Source: Flavobacteriaceae bacterium (GTDB taxonomy: Bacteria; Bacteroidota; Bacteroidia; Flavobacteriales; Flavobacteriaceae). From it: a stretch of 64,000 nt of DNA. A program made the position numbers and the translations under genes. The DNA is taken from contig JAFMCA010000007.1 of NCBI GenBank assembly GCA_017858055.1, forward strand, positions 3,082 through 67,081, in the 5' to 3' direction. Every line of letters begins with the position of its first letter. Position 1 is the first letter of the stretch. A model generated the notes under the pieces. It saw nothing but the letters and a program-made list of their open reading frames with translations, was not told the DNA's origin and searched no databases. Positions 36,109 through 48,385 of this stretch are shown here, one piece after another.

Positions 36109-37269
36109 CTAATAGATCGCAATTTTATGAGTACGGACACCGACGGGTACTAAACTGTCTGAGGTAATTTGAATCTTCATCTGCTGGCTATTTTGAACTG
36201 GCATATGGCATTCGATACAATCCAATTCTTTACCAACCAATGAAACAGTATGTTTGGGCTCAGCATGACACTGAATACAGCGAGCATTAAATTTGATGCT
36301 ATTCTCTCGTTCGTTTTGATGGGGATTATGACAGGTCATACAGTCCATATCCTCCGATTCCAAAAAACATTTGCTTAGGGTAAGCAGACCCACCTGATTG
36401 GAATGGACATCTGGAGCTCCAGTAGTTTGCGTATTCAAAAACTTGCGCAACTCATCCCCTGGAGTAAATGAAAATGAAGGCTGAAAAATTTGATCTCCTA
36501 CACCAGAATGGCAAAGAGCACACATATCAATTCGCTGTTGCTGTGTGAAATTGGAATACCTTACTATCTTTTTACCTGTACTGTCCAAAGGAAATTTTCG
36601 ATGGTGTTTGACGTGCTCGACAACCTCCCCATGACAGCGTTGACAATCGATCCCAAAAACGATATTGTTTTTATTGTATCGATCTATTGGGATTGGACTT
36701 TGCCAGTTTTCGGATTGTGCATAAGTAGTATGGCATTCTAAACAGCGAGGAAAAATTGATCGCTTAGCTTGAAAAACCGGAGGAAACCCTGGACTGTTCA
36801 TCCATTGTTTTGAAGGAAGATGGAAAGACCCTTGCAATTGATACAATGAATTGTCCTCCCATCCTAAAAAAGAATTACCAATTTTGGTGCCTGAGCCTAT
36901 GATAATCTCAATTGAATTAACAAGAAAGGGGGCAGCAAATGGAAATCTAGAAGCTTCTTGAGCCAAGGTTTCATTTTGAAAAGTATAACTTAAACGGGTG
37001 CTGTCCTTTAAATCAAAATAATTTTTTTCAGCTTCCAGTAGAGGAAGTAAGCGGGGCGAATTTATTTTCGAAGAGGTTAGCCAATGGGCTGTTTGGATGT
37101 GATCGGAAACCAGAGTTGCATGACACTCCTTACAACTTTCCATTCCAATATAGACGGTTTTGTTGGGATGTACACCTATCGCTTCAATGGGGGCATAGGT
37201 TTCGGTGTAGGGTGTACATGCTGATATAAAAACATAAACAACAAGACTACAGAAAAACCCAATACGCAT
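36109..37269 (-). CDS. Heptaheme c-type cytochrome lipoprotein
   Basis: Has a lipobox (VFISACTP) and seven CXXCH motifs: CKECH, CLECH, CQRCH, CALCH, CMTCH, CIQCH and CIECH. Confidence 0.8.
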   Translation of the reverse strand: MRIGFFCSLVVYVFISACTPYTETYAPIEAIGVHPNKTVYIGMESCKECHATLVSDHIQTAHWLTSSKINSPRLLPLLEAEKNYFDLKDSTRLSYTFQNETLAQEASRFPFAAPFLVNSIEIIIGSGTKIGNSFLGWEDNSLYQLQGSFHLPSKQWMNSPGFPPVFQAKRSIFPRCLECHTTYAQSENWQSPIPIDRYNKNNIVFGIDCQRCHGEVVEHVKHHRKFPLDSTGKKIVRYSNFTQQQRIDMCALCHSGVGDQIFQPSFSFTPGDELRKFLNTQTTGAPDVHSNQVGLLTLSKCFLESEDMDCMTCHNPHQNERENSIKFNARCIQCHAEPKHTVSLVGKELDCIECHMPVQNSQQMKIQITSDSLVPVGVRTHKIAIY

Positions 37270-37322
37270 TGATAGAGATTTTATAAACTAAAGGTAACGA
37301 AATCTCGATAAAAGTATTTGAT

Positions 37323-39146
37323 CTATTTACGAGCATTCTTTTGCTTCTCCGCTTCCTCCATGGCTTTTTGAAGACGGGCAGAAAACCCTCCTGCTTTTTT
37401 AGGTTTCTTTTTGTTTTCCTCAATTTTAGCATGAATTTTATCATCATCAATAATGTAATTTTTGATGACCAACATGAGTAAAATGGTTAATAGATTGGAA
37501 ACAAAATAATACAAACTCAATCCACTGGCGTAGTTGTTAAAGAAAAAGAGCATCATCAAAGGCATCAAATAAATAATGATCTTCATGTTTGGCATGCCCG
37601 GCTGTTGTGGCATCGCTTGTTGACCTGTTGTCATTTGAGTATAAAAGAAAATAGCAATGGAGGCTAAAATTGGGAACAAACTGATGTGGTCTCCGTAGAA
37701 CGGAATACTAAAACCAAGATCCAAAATTGAATCATAGGAAGATAAATCGTCAGCCCATAAAAAAGATTTGTCTCGAAGAACAAAAGCTACAGGAAAAAAG
37801 GAAAATAAAGCATAAAAAACGGGAAGCTGTAATAAAGCTGGTACGCAGCCTGACATTGGATTTGCCCCTGCTCGTGAGTACAAACTCATGGTTTCTTGCT
37901 GGCGCTTTACCGCATCGTTTTTATATTTTTCATTGATGACTTCAATATCGGGACGCAATACCTTCATCTTGATTTGAGAGACATACGACTTGTAAGTAAC
38001 TGGAGACATTGCCAATCGTACGATTACAGTCATCACAATAATTGCAATTCCATAGGAGAGAAAAGAAGATAAAAACTCAAAAAGTGGTAAAAAAATCACT
38101 CGGTTGATCCAACCAAAGATTCCCCAACCCATAGGAATAGATGTTTCTAAGTCTCCGTCAAGTTGCTTTAAAGTTTTGTAGTCTGTGGGACCGTAGTAAA
38201 ATTTTAAGTTGGTGTTTATATCTCCACCTGTATTCAGAGCATAGGCAGTGGTAAATGTTTTCGTGAATTTTTCATTTAATCCTTCCTCACTGGAACGGTC
38301 CCTAGAGGCAATTTTTGCTTCAGCAATAGGAAGCTCAGGAATTAAAATGGCGCTAAAAAAATGTTGCCGATAGGAGATCCAACGAATCCCTTGACGAGTT
38401 TCCTCGTCGCTTCCACTTAGTGATAAATAATCTACGCGATCTTCTTCGTAACCGAAAGTATATTCAGTGTATCGATTTTCATAATCAATACTCCTAGAAT
38501 TTCTAAATACATCCGTTTTCCAGATCAACTTTGGGGCTATCGCAGGATTCATAATGGATTGCATTCCAACAGTTTTAAAGGACAAGGAATAGAGATAGCC
38601 TTTTTTTGGAAAACGATATTGAAAAAGAAGGTATTGCTGAGGACCTAATGAGGCTTTCATCTCTACTTCAATTGCGTCTGCTCCCTCTCGGGTTGAGGAA
38701 CTAAAAAACATATCTCGAGTATGAATCACTCGACCATCAAAAGTTGAAATTTCAATATTAAAATCGCTATTCCCTTCATTGATCATAGGAATAGGCGCAT
38801 CCTCGTAATTCTCATACTGATTTAAAGTGAGCTTGGTAAGTTGCCCCCCTTTTGGGCTAATTTCCAAACTCATCTCATTGGTATTTAATTTTAGGGACTC
38901 TTGTTGGTTTGGAACAAATAAACTTCCTAAGTCTCCATAAGCAGCAAGAGTTTGCTGTTGGATGATGGAGTCGTTTTGTTGATTTGCATTTGTTGGAGTT
39001 GTGTTTTGTTGAAGTACCTCTTCTGAAGAAACAGGCTCTTTGGCGGATTCCTCTGCAGGGCCGTTTCTATAGAGCATCCATGTTAGGATTAAAGCAATAA
39101 GGATAAATCCAATAAATTGATAAGGATCAAATTTTTTTTCTTCCAT
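37323..39146 (-). CDS. yidC: Membrane protein insertase YidC
   Basis: Has an N-terminal TM helix, a long periplasmic P1 domain and the conserved 5-TM core (GWGIFGWINRVIF, MKVLRPDIEVINEKYK, GCVPALLQLPVFYALF). The C-tail is basic. Confidence 0.93.
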   Translation of the reverse strand: MEEKKFDPYQFIGFILIALILTWMLYRNGPAEESAKEPVSSEEVLQQNTTPTNANQQNDSIIQQQTLAAYGDLGSLFVPNQQESLKLNTNEMSLEISPKGGQLTKLTLNQYENYEDAPIPMINEGNSDFNIEISTFDGRVIHTRDMFFSSSTREGADAIEVEMKASLGPQQYLLFQYRFPKKGYLYSLSFKTVGMQSIMNPAIAPKLIWKTDVFRNSRSIDYENRYTEYTFGYEEDRVDYLSLSGSDEETRQGIRWISYRQHFFSAILIPELPIAEAKIASRDRSSEEGLNEKFTKTFTTAYALNTGGDINTNLKFYYGPTDYKTLKQLDGDLETSIPMGWGIFGWINRVIFLPLFEFLSSFLSYGIAIIVMTVIVRLAMSPVTYKSYVSQIKMKVLRPDIEVINEKYKNDAVKRQQETMSLYSRAGANPMSGCVPALLQLPVFYALFSFFPVAFVLRDKSFLWADDLSSYDSILDLGFSIPFYGDHISLFPILASIAIFFYTQMTTGQQAMPQQPGMPNMKIIIYLMPLMMLFFFNNYASGLSLYYFVSNLLTILLMLVIKNYIIDDDKIHAKIEENKKKPKKAGGFSARLQKAMEEAEKQKNARK

Positions 39147-39160
39147 AGTATTTTTCTTAC

Positions 39161-40786
<1,626 letters not shown>

Positions 40787-40847
40787 TTAGTTCGCGCTTA
40801 CCGGACTCAAATTTACAAAATCATAGCGAACTTCCGGACTTCTCATT

Positions 40848-42605
40848 CTATTCTTTTATTTCTTTAATTTCATAACCTTCATGCTGTAGAAGAAATAATC
40901 CTATATTTAGATAGGAATCATTTGCTTCTGGACGGTATAAAAACCGATTCGAGAGGTACTGTGTTTCGCCTAAATCAAATGATTGATCCAATCGATTGAC
41001 AACGGCTGTTCTAAGAATTAAATCTAAAGTCAAATCGTATCCTCGGATGGCTTCTTTATTTGGTGGCTTTCCAAAACGACTTTCAAAAGATTCTATAAAT
41101 GCTGCATTAGCTGTATACTCTAAAGGCTTAAAGCCAACTGGGTAGGTAAACCCTATTCCCCCTAAAACCTTTCGAGATAAATTTTCATTATCGTAGGCAT
41201 TACTTCGATAGGTAGTAAAAACCTGCACTTGTCTCTCGGACGTATTTTGAGCATTAAACTGAGATATCGCATTTGCTATTAGAGGGAAAGATTGTGTTTC
41301 AAGAATCACTTTATTAGGCATTGAATCGACCAATAAGGAATCGGCTAGTTCTGGTAAAATAAAATCTCCCTTCTCTGGACGTAATGTGATTGCCCATGGA
41401 AATTGCGCTTTTAATTTTCGTTCAATGCTGCGGTTTGTAGAATCTGCTACAATGACAACGTGATGGGTGGTGTCTATTACACGCTCTAAATAGGAAAACA
41501 TTTTTAGTCTGTTATCATCCAACTGAGAAACCGACTGGTAAACGTTTTTACGCAACACAACAGGATTGGAGGACAAAGGAGCAATTTTAGGAATTTCACT
41601 CAATGACTTTAAGCTTGATAGATAATTAAAATTCGAGGGGATTAAAGGGCCAAGAATAAAGTCCGTTTTATCATCCAATTCATTGGCAATTTCATTCAAC
41701 TTTGAAATTGAATTCTCAGTGTCGTAAGTATCTACTTCTATGGAAAGTCCCTTTTGTTTTGCTTTTTCCACTGCAAACAAAATTCCTGAATAAAAATCCA
41801 AGGCAATGGTATGTAAATTTCGTGCTTGGAGGAGTCTTTTGGTGTCTTCAACAGAATCCAAAATAATTTCATTCGCTTTAAAGGGAAGTAATACTGTAAA
41901 CTTGATTTCCTGTTTCTGAAATACAGAATCGATTAAATTGGCTCGTTCTACCAGAAGATCGTCTTCAATTCGAAGTTCACCACTTTGAGCACCTGGAATT
42001 TTCAATATCATCCCAGCTTGTAATCCAGTTTCTTTTAAAATCGGATTTAATGAATCTAAGGTTGCCTGAGTTACTCCTAACTTTTTTTCAATTCGATAAA
42101 ACCCTTCTTTGGGAAGAACTTTGTAATAATTGTAAAGGGAGTCTTTTTCTGGGATAGGACGTAGTTCCTTGGGCAGAGGTATTTTGAGCTTTTGACCGAT
42201 CTTCAGTCCTTCTTTTATTTCTGGATTTAAGGAGTCCAATTCAGCTATGGTCGTATTGTATTGATAGGCTAATCGCCATTTGGTTTCCTTGGGAAGCACC
42301 TCGTGTAGGGTAAAACTTACTGTGCTATTTTGAGGATTTTGAATTGGTTTTTCTGGTTGTACAACTGCTGTATTTGAGTAAATAGGGATACGTAAATTCA
42401 TTCTTCTTCGAATCCCGAATCGGGTTACTAGTGGATTGTACTCTTCAAGTTGTTCTGCAGTTATTTTGTATTGCTCCAACAGCATTTCCAGGGTCTCCCC
42501 CTTTTGAACACGATGAGAGGCAAATGAATCTGGTATTTGAGCCATTGTCCATAGTGTCCCTAAAAGGAAAATACTACAAAAATATAAGAGAAATTGTCGG
42601 CTCAT
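40848..42605 (-). CDS. LysM-repeat protein with periplasmic-binding-protein (type 1)-like C-terminal domain
   Basis: Has a signal peptide and three LysM units (HRVQKGETLEMLLEQY, HEVLPKETKWRLAYQY and YKVLPKEGFYRIEKKL, each followed by LxxxNP). A PBP-like alpha/beta region of about 350 aa follows. Confidence 0.8.
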   Translation of the reverse strand: MSRQFLLYFCSIFLLGTLWTMAQIPDSFASHRVQKGETLEMLLEQYKITAEQLEEYNPLVTRFGIRRRMNLRIPIYSNTAVVQPEKPIQNPQNSTVSFTLHEVLPKETKWRLAYQYNTTIAELDSLNPEIKEGLKIGQKLKIPLPKELRPIPEKDSLYNYYKVLPKEGFYRIEKKLGVTQATLDSLNPILKETGLQAGMILKIPGAQSGELRIEDDLLVERANLIDSVFQKQEIKFTVLLPFKANEIILDSVEDTKRLLQARNLHTIALDFYSGILFAVEKAKQKGLSIEVDTYDTENSISKLNEIANELDDKTDFILGPLIPSNFNYLSSLKSLSEIPKIAPLSSNPVVLRKNVYQSVSQLDDNRLKMFSYLERVIDTTHHVVIVADSTNRSIERKLKAQFPWAITLRPEKGDFILPELADSLLVDSMPNKVILETQSFPLIANAISQFNAQNTSERQVQVFTTYRSNAYDNENLSRKVLGGIGFTYPVGFKPLEYTANAAFIESFESRFGKPPNKEAIRGYDLTLDLILRTAVVNRLDQSFDLGETQYLSNRFLYRPEANDSYLNIGLFLLQHEGYEIKEIKE

Positions 42606-42624
42606 GCGGAAGGTATATCAAAAA

Positions 42625-44160
42625 CTATTCCCATTCAATCGTTGCGGGTGGTTTCGAGCTGATATCATAAACCACTCGGTTAACTCCTTTAACGTTATTA
42701 ATAATTTCATTGGATATTTTTTGAAGAAATGCGTAGGGCAAATCTACCCAATCTGCAGTCATTCCATCAGTAGACTGAACAGCTCGGAGTGCGACGCAGT
42801 TTTCATAGGTACGTTCGTCTCCCATGACTCCAACACTATTGATAGATAAAAACATGGCCCCTGCCTGCCAGATTTGATTGTATAAATCCCATTTTTTTAA
42901 TCCTTCTATAAAAATTGCATCTACTTCTTGAAGCATTTTAACTTTTTCTCGTGTGATTTCACCCAAAATTCGAATTGCTAATCCAGGTCCAGGAAAAGGA
43001 TGCCTCCCCAATAATTCTGAATCGATACCTAAACTTTTACCTACTCTTCTGACTTCGTCCTTAAATAACATTCGTAAGGGTTCCACCAAATCAAGTTTCA
43101 TAAAATCAGGTAATCCTCCCACATTGTGATGCGATTTGATTGTTGCAGAAGGTCCGTTTACTGAAATAGATTCAATAACATCAGGATAAATAGTCCCTTG
43201 TCCCAACCATTTTGCACCCTCTACTAAATGTGCTTCGGCATCAAAAACTTCGATAAAAGTCTTGCCGATAATTTTTCGCTTCGTTTCAGGGTCTGATACT
43301 CCGTCCAAAGCGTCTAAGAATTGATCGGATGCATCTACTCCTTTAATGTTTAGCCCCATTCCTTGATATTGATTGAGAACTTGATCAAACTCATTTTTTC
43401 TTAGCAAACCGTTGTTCACAAAAATGCAGTTTAACTGTTTTCCGATAGCCTTATGAAGCAATACGGCAGCTACTGAGGAATCTACCCCACCTGAAAGACC
43501 CAAAATCACTTGGTCATTTCCAATTTTTTCTTTCAATTCTGCAAGGGTCATGTCCACAAAAGAATCAGGGGTCCAGTCCTGTTTGACGCCCGCAATACGA
43601 ACCAAAAAGTTTTCTAAAATTTGTTTTCCATCGGTGGAGTGATACACTTCTGGGTGAAATTGAATCCCATAGGTGGGTTCTCCTTTAATTTTATAAGCTG
43701 CATTTTCTACATCTGCAGTACTCGCCAGAAGTACTGCGTCTTCAGGCAGTTTTAATATGGTGTCTGCATGACTCATCCATACCTGACTGTCTGAAGGTAC
43801 TCCTTTGAAAAAAGGATCCTCCGAGTTGACATAGCCTAAATGCGCTCTTCCATATTCCCGTTTATCAGAGAGATTCACTTGCCCTCCAAAGAAATGGGCT
43901 AAATACTGTGCTCCATAGCAGACTCCCAATAGGGGAAGTTTTCCTTTAATCTGGTCTAATTCTGGATGAGGAGCATCTTCCGCTCGAACAGAATAGGGTG
44001 ATCCCGATAAAATGACTGCTTTAAAGTCGGATAAATGTTTTGGTGGATTGTTGAACGGGTGGATTTCACAATAAATAAATAGTTCTCGAACTCGACGCGC
44101 TATTAATTGTGTGTACTGTGATCCAAAATCTAGAATGAGTACTTTTTCTTGCATGGGCAA
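42625..44160 (-). CDS. guaA: Glutamine-hydrolysing GMP synthase
   Basis: Has the GATase motifs LGVCYGAQ and GIQFHPE, the ATP-pyrophosphatase loop [11 protein letters not shown] and the C-terminal PPATIEWE. Confidence 0.97.
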   Translation of the reverse strand: MPMQEKVLILDFGSQYTQLIARRVRELFIYCEIHPFNNPPKHLSDFKAVILSGSPYSVRAEDAPHPELDQIKGKLPLLGVCYGAQYLAHFFGGQVNLSDKREYGRAHLGYVNSEDPFFKGVPSDSQVWMSHADTILKLPEDAVLLASTADVENAAYKIKGEPTYGIQFHPEVYHSTDGKQILENFLVRIAGVKQDWTPDSFVDMTLAELKEKIGNDQVILGLSGGVDSSVAAVLLHKAIGKQLNCIFVNNGLLRKNEFDQVLNQYQGMGLNIKGVDASDQFLDALDGVSDPETKRKIIGKTFIEVFDAEAHLVEGAKWLGQGTIYPDVIESISVNGPSATIKSHHNVGGLPDFMKLDLVEPLRMLFKDEVRRVGKSLGIDSELLGRHPFPGPGLAIRILGEITREKVKMLQEVDAIFIEGLKKWDLYNQIWQAGAMFLSINSVGVMGDERTYENCVALRAVQSTDGMTADWVDLPYAFLQKISNEIINNVKGVNRVVYDISSKPPATIEWE

Positions 44161-44219
44161 AAATACGATTTAATACTTGTTGTAAAAACTACCCAAAGAA
44201 ATAATTCAACATATTCCTG

Positions 44220-45824
44220 TTAATATTCCAACAAGACAAAATCTGGATTTAATGGATCTAAAGCGTCTATTAATTCAGGTAGGAAATCTTTACCTAAGTC
44301 AATATAAAAAGTAGTAAAATTTAGAGTCCGCTCTTGAAGACTGTCGTTGGGGAACAATTGTTCATGAAGATAAACTAAACGCTCTACCTCATCTTTTAAA
44401 ACCCGCTTTTGGGCTTTTAATAAACGTCTTTCTAGAAAATCAATTCCTTTAAATTGTTTTGCTTGTTGCGCTTCTACTGCACCTTTAAAAGAGGCGTCTG
44501 TTTTGGCTACAAGAGTATTTAAATATTCAAACTGCTTTTTAAGCTGCTCCTTTAAAGGGGTAAGGTCCAAGTCGATATTACTGATTTGTCTTACTTTTTT
44601 ATTCAACAATGAATTACGACTCATAAATAAGTCCGCAGTTTCTAAATTCAGCTTAGCAATTTTACGACCTACTTTTTCCGAATAAAGCAAGGCTGAATTT
44701 CGAAGTAAAAGAATAGGAAAAGGCAGCTTAAAATGAGTAAATGTAGATTTTAACTGAAACCAATACGCCAGTTCACCGCCCCCTCCAATATAACAGAGGT
44801 TGGGCAAGATACATTCTTGATACAGCGGTCGGAGGATGACATTGGGTGAAAATCGTTCTGGATGAGAATCTACTAAATGCATAATTTCTTCCTCTGTAAA
44901 CGTTTGCTCTGTTCCGTTTAAGCGATACAGATTTCCACTTCTCTCAACACGAAACCTTCCCTTAGGGGTCAAATAAAAGAGATTGATTTCTCTTGGATTT
45001 ACTTGAGGTGTATAGGAAGAATCCAAATCATGTTTTAATTTTTCAATCTGAGAGGTCACTGTTTTAAATGAAGCTTCTTGAAGGAGTTCCTCTTGGATGA
45101 TCGATTTGAAAAGAGTCTTTAATTCAGGGCGGTTTGGCTCTAAAACAACTAAACCATACTCCCCAAAAAGGATATTGACTAGACGAAAAGTAGCTTCAGA
45201 AAGTGTTTGGGAACTTCGGTAAGACGCTCTTATCCATTCTTTTAATTGCTTTGCATTTTCACTATCCCCTAAATGCTGTTCAAACACATCCAAGACCGTT
45301 TGCAACTCCTCCAAAGACAATTCTCCCACTGCTCCTTCACTCTCTTGGGACCAACGGATACTTTTGTCTTGAAAACGAAAAGTGCTAATTTCTTCAAAAT
45401 CATGATCTTCACTCGCCATCCAATAGAGGGGTACAAAATTCGAATCGGGATAGGCTTTTTTTAAACTTTTACAAAGATTGATTGTGCTGATGATTTTGTA
45501 TAAAAAATACAACGGTCCAGTCATCAAACTCAACTGATGCCCTGTGGTAACGGTAAAAGTATTTTCGTTCTCTAAAAGGATTACGTTTTTGTCAACGCTT
45601 TTAGAATGGGGTATCGCTTTATACTGACCTTTTAAAGCAGCGACCAAAACTTCTCTGTAGGAAGCAGAATAACTTTCCTTCTTTAATGCGATTTGTTGCT
45701 TGAATTGATTCAACGTAGGGTACTTTTCATAAAAAGGCTTTAGTTCTTCAGACTGCTCTAAATAGGTAGTCATGAGTTTAGAAAAACGTTTGGTCTCCTT
45801 AAATGAAATAAACTTCTTTCGCAT
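44220..45824 (-). CDS. bshC: Bacillithiol biosynthesis cysteine-adding enzyme BshC
   Basis: Its length is about 530 aa. The N-terminus (ISFKETKRFSKLMTTYLEQSEELKPFYEKYPTLNQF) and central GGGGELAYW motif match my recollection of Bacteroidota BshC. Confidence 0.8.
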   Translation of the reverse strand: MRKKFISFKETKRFSKLMTTYLEQSEELKPFYEKYPTLNQFKQQIALKKESYSASYREVLVAALKGQYKAIPHSKSVDKNVILLENENTFTVTTGHQLSLMTGPLYFLYKIISTINLCKSLKKAYPDSNFVPLYWMASEDHDFEEISTFRFQDKSIRWSQESEGAVGELSLEELQTVLDVFEQHLGDSENAKQLKEWIRASYRSSQTLSEATFRLVNILFGEYGLVVLEPNRPELKTLFKSIIQEELLQEASFKTVTSQIEKLKHDLDSSYTPQVNPREINLFYLTPKGRFRVERSGNLYRLNGTEQTFTEEEIMHLVDSHPERFSPNVILRPLYQECILPNLCYIGGGGELAYWFQLKSTFTHFKLPFPILLLRNSALLYSEKVGRKIAKLNLETADLFMSRNSLLNKKVRQISNIDLDLTPLKEQLKKQFEYLNTLVAKTDASFKGAVEAQQAKQFKGIDFLERRLLKAQKRVLKDEVERLVYLHEQLFPNDSLQERTLNFTTFYIDLGKDFLPELIDALDPLNPDFVLLEY

Positions 45825-45912
45825 GCATCTGTTTGTGTAAAGATATTCGTTTTTGAGAAAAATAGAGAGAGTTCCTCAAGAAAGCGTATTTTTAAATACA
45901 AAATACAAATCC

Positions 45913-48363
45913 ATGTCACGTTTCTTTTACCTATCCCTTCTATTCCTGTCTTTTTCCGCTTTGCAATCCCAAATCCAAACTCCTGATGCGTTTTTGGGTT
46001 ATGAATTGGGTTCTCATTTCAGTCGGCATCATCAAGTGGTTTCCTACTTCCAGCACTTAGAAAAAAACAGTGCTCAATTAAAATTACACCCCTACGGCAA
46101 AACGAATGAAGGTCGTTTACTCCAATTAGCCTTTATCTCTTCTGAAAAAAATTTGGAGAATATTGAGGCAATTCGCCAAGCCCACCTACAAAACAGTGGA
46201 ATGGTTTCGGGACCAAAAAACGAGGATAAAGCTATTGTTTGGCTTAGCTATAATGTCCACGGTAATGAATCCTCTAGTACCGAAGCAGCGATGAAAACTG
46301 CCCATGCCTTGATAACCAAATACAACGATTGGTTGGAGAACACTGTAATAATTTTAGATCCTTGCATTAATCCTGACGGACGCGATCGATATGTTAATTT
46401 TTATAACCAAACCAAAAGCACTCCCAACGATACCGAACCCTTTAGTCGTGAACATCAAGAAGGTTGGCATAACGGTAGAACAAATCACTACAGTTTTGAC
46501 TTAAATCGCGATTGGGCATGGCTTACTCAGGTTGAGTCACAACAACGTGTAAAGTTATACAATCAATGGCTCCCTCACATTCATGTTGACTTTCACGAGC
46601 AAGGAATCAACAGTCCCTATTATTTTGCTCCAGCTGCTGAACCCTTACATGAAATTATAACCCCTTTTCAAAAAAGCTTTCAGGATGTTCTGGGAAAAAA
46701 TCACGCAAAATATTTTGACAAGGGAGGATGGTTTTATTTTACTAAACAGCGTTTTGATCTGCTTTATCCCAGTTATGGCGATACCTATCCTACCTATTTA
46801 GGAGCTATTGGGATGACCTATGAACAAGCTGGAGGTGGTGTCGCAGGTCTGGGCATAAAAAACGATGAAAACATTACTTTGACCTTAAAGGATCGTATTG
46901 AACATCACTACACTACAGGAATTTCGACGGTAGAAATTGCTGCACAAAACATTAGTACGCTTAATAAAAATTACCAGCTTTTTTTTGACAACAAAGACGT
47001 GAAATATAAAAATTTCATAATGCAAGGGCATCCCGATAAATTGGATGCTTTACATAAACTCCTCAACCAACACGATATTACAAGTCATCAGTTAACAAAA
47101 AATACTACCGTAAAAGGGTATGATTATCAAAAACAAGGGAACACAACTTCTAATTTTTCAGAACAGGCACTTGTAGTTTCTACAAAACAACCCAAAGGTA
47201 AAATGGTTCAGGTACTACTAGAACCCCAAACAAAACTTAATGATTCGTTGACCTATGACATTACCGCATGGTCCTTGCCTTATGCGTATGGATTGGAAGC
47301 TATGGCAACCCAAAGTGATTTGAATATTTCGGATTATACTATCGAAAAGACCACTACAAGCAAGCTCTCCGAGGCATTGTATGGCTATGCGCTTTCGTAT
47401 AACAGTTTTGAGGACAGTAGATTTTTAGCTGCTTTATTAAAAGAAAATATAGGTGTTCGTTTTAATGAAACTCCTCTAACAAATAGTGGAAAATCTTGGA
47501 CACGTGGAAGCCTTTTTATCTTAAAAGGAGATAATCAAAAGTTGCCCAATTATTTGGAGAAACTAGCCCAACTCGCATCGGATTTCAATCGTAAATTGAC
47601 CCCAATACAAACAGGTTATTCCTCCCAAGGTCCGGATTTGGGTGCCGGGGAACTCATCCTGATAAAAGCACCAAAAATTGCCATCCTCAAAAACGATAGA
47701 ACATCGAGTTATAACTACGGTGAAGTTTGGCATTATTTTGAACAGGCATTGGGCTATCCACTACTTCAGCTTGACGAAAATAGCTTAACTACTGCATTGA
47801 ATCATATCGACCAACTCATCATTCCTGATGGGTATTACTCCCAATGGGATGAAGCCAATGCAACTGACCAAGCCCTTATGGATTGGGTGAAAAAAGGAGG
47901 AAAACTTATACCCCTTGCTGGTGCTTTGAACCGTTTTGCGAATACAGATTCGTTTAAACTCAAGAGAAAGGAAACCCATGAAATGGATACTACAGAAATG
48001 TCTTTTGGTGATCAATCCAGAAATGAAATCAGTTACATCACTACAGGCAGTATTTTTGAAGCTCAAATAGATAAATCACATCCCATAAGTTTTGGACTGG
48101 ATCACTACTATTCCCTTAAACTTGATGAAACTGCTTATGAACTTATCCAAAATGGAAACAATGCCTTTACCTTGAGCAATACTGCTAAAGCGATATCTGG
48201 CTTTATTGGTTACCAAGCAATAAACAAGCAAAGGAAATCCTTACTGGTTGGTGAAGAAATGATGGGTAGAGGTAAAGTTGTTTATTTTGTTGACAATGTT
48301 CTATTTAGAGGATTTTGGTATACTGGGAAAATAGCATTTGCTAATGCTTTATTTTTTCTATAA
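45913..48363 (+). CDS. Exported M14-family zinc carboxypeptidase-like protein
   Basis: ATG at 45913 gives a signal peptide (MSRFFYLSLLFLSFSALQSQ). It has the HxxE zinc motif NVHGNESSS, the motif NPDGRD and a later DFHE. A long C-terminal extension follows. Confidence 0.8.
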   Translation: MSRFFYLSLLFLSFSALQSQIQTPDAFLGYELGSHFSRHHQVVSYFQHLEKNSAQLKLHPYGKTNEGRLLQLAFISSEKNLENIEAIRQAHLQNSGMVSGPKNEDKAIVWLSYNVHGNESSSTEAAMKTAHALITKYNDWLENTVIILDPCINPDGRDRYVNFYNQTKSTPNDTEPFSREHQEGWHNGRTNHYSFDLNRDWAWLTQVESQQRVKLYNQWLPHIHVDFHEQGINSPYYFAPAAEPLHEIITPFQKSFQDVLGKNHAKYFDKGGWFYFTKQRFDLLYPSYGDTYPTYLGAIGMTYEQAGGGVAGLGIKNDENITLTLKDRIEHHYTTGISTVEIAAQNISTLNKNYQLFFDNKDVKYKNFIMQGHPDKLDALHKLLNQHDITSHQLTKNTTVKGYDYQKQGNTTSNFSEQALVVSTKQPKGKMVQVLLEPQTKLNDSLTYDITAWSLPYAYGLEAMATQSDLNISDYTIEKTTTSKLSEALYGYALSYNSFEDSRFLAALLKENIGVRFNETPLTNSGKSWTRGSLFILKGDNQKLPNYLEKLAQLASDFNRKLTPIQTGYSSQGPDLGAGELILIKAPKIAILKNDRTSSYNYGEVWHYFEQALGYPLLQLDENSLTTALNHIDQLIIPDGYYSQWDEANATDQALMDWVKKGGKLIPLAGALNRFANTDSFKLKRKETHEMDTTEMSFGDQSRNEISYITTGSIFEAQIDKSHPISFGLDHYYSLKLDETAYELIQNGNNAFTLSNTAKAISGFIGYQAINKQRKSLLVGEEMMGRGKVVYFVDNVLFRGFWYTGKIAFANALFFL

Positions 48364-48385
48364 GTAGATCTCTCAATAATTTAAG

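Noticed and set aside
45853-45912. A TTG-initiated extension of the M14 peptidase ORF. Similar extensions occur at 13678-13701 (sucC), 52328-52390 (hydrolase), 56647-56682 (exonuclease) and 181-195 (ctaA).
   Set aside because: Internal ATGs give canonical N-termini or signal peptides. They also remove implausible overlaps with neighbouring genes.
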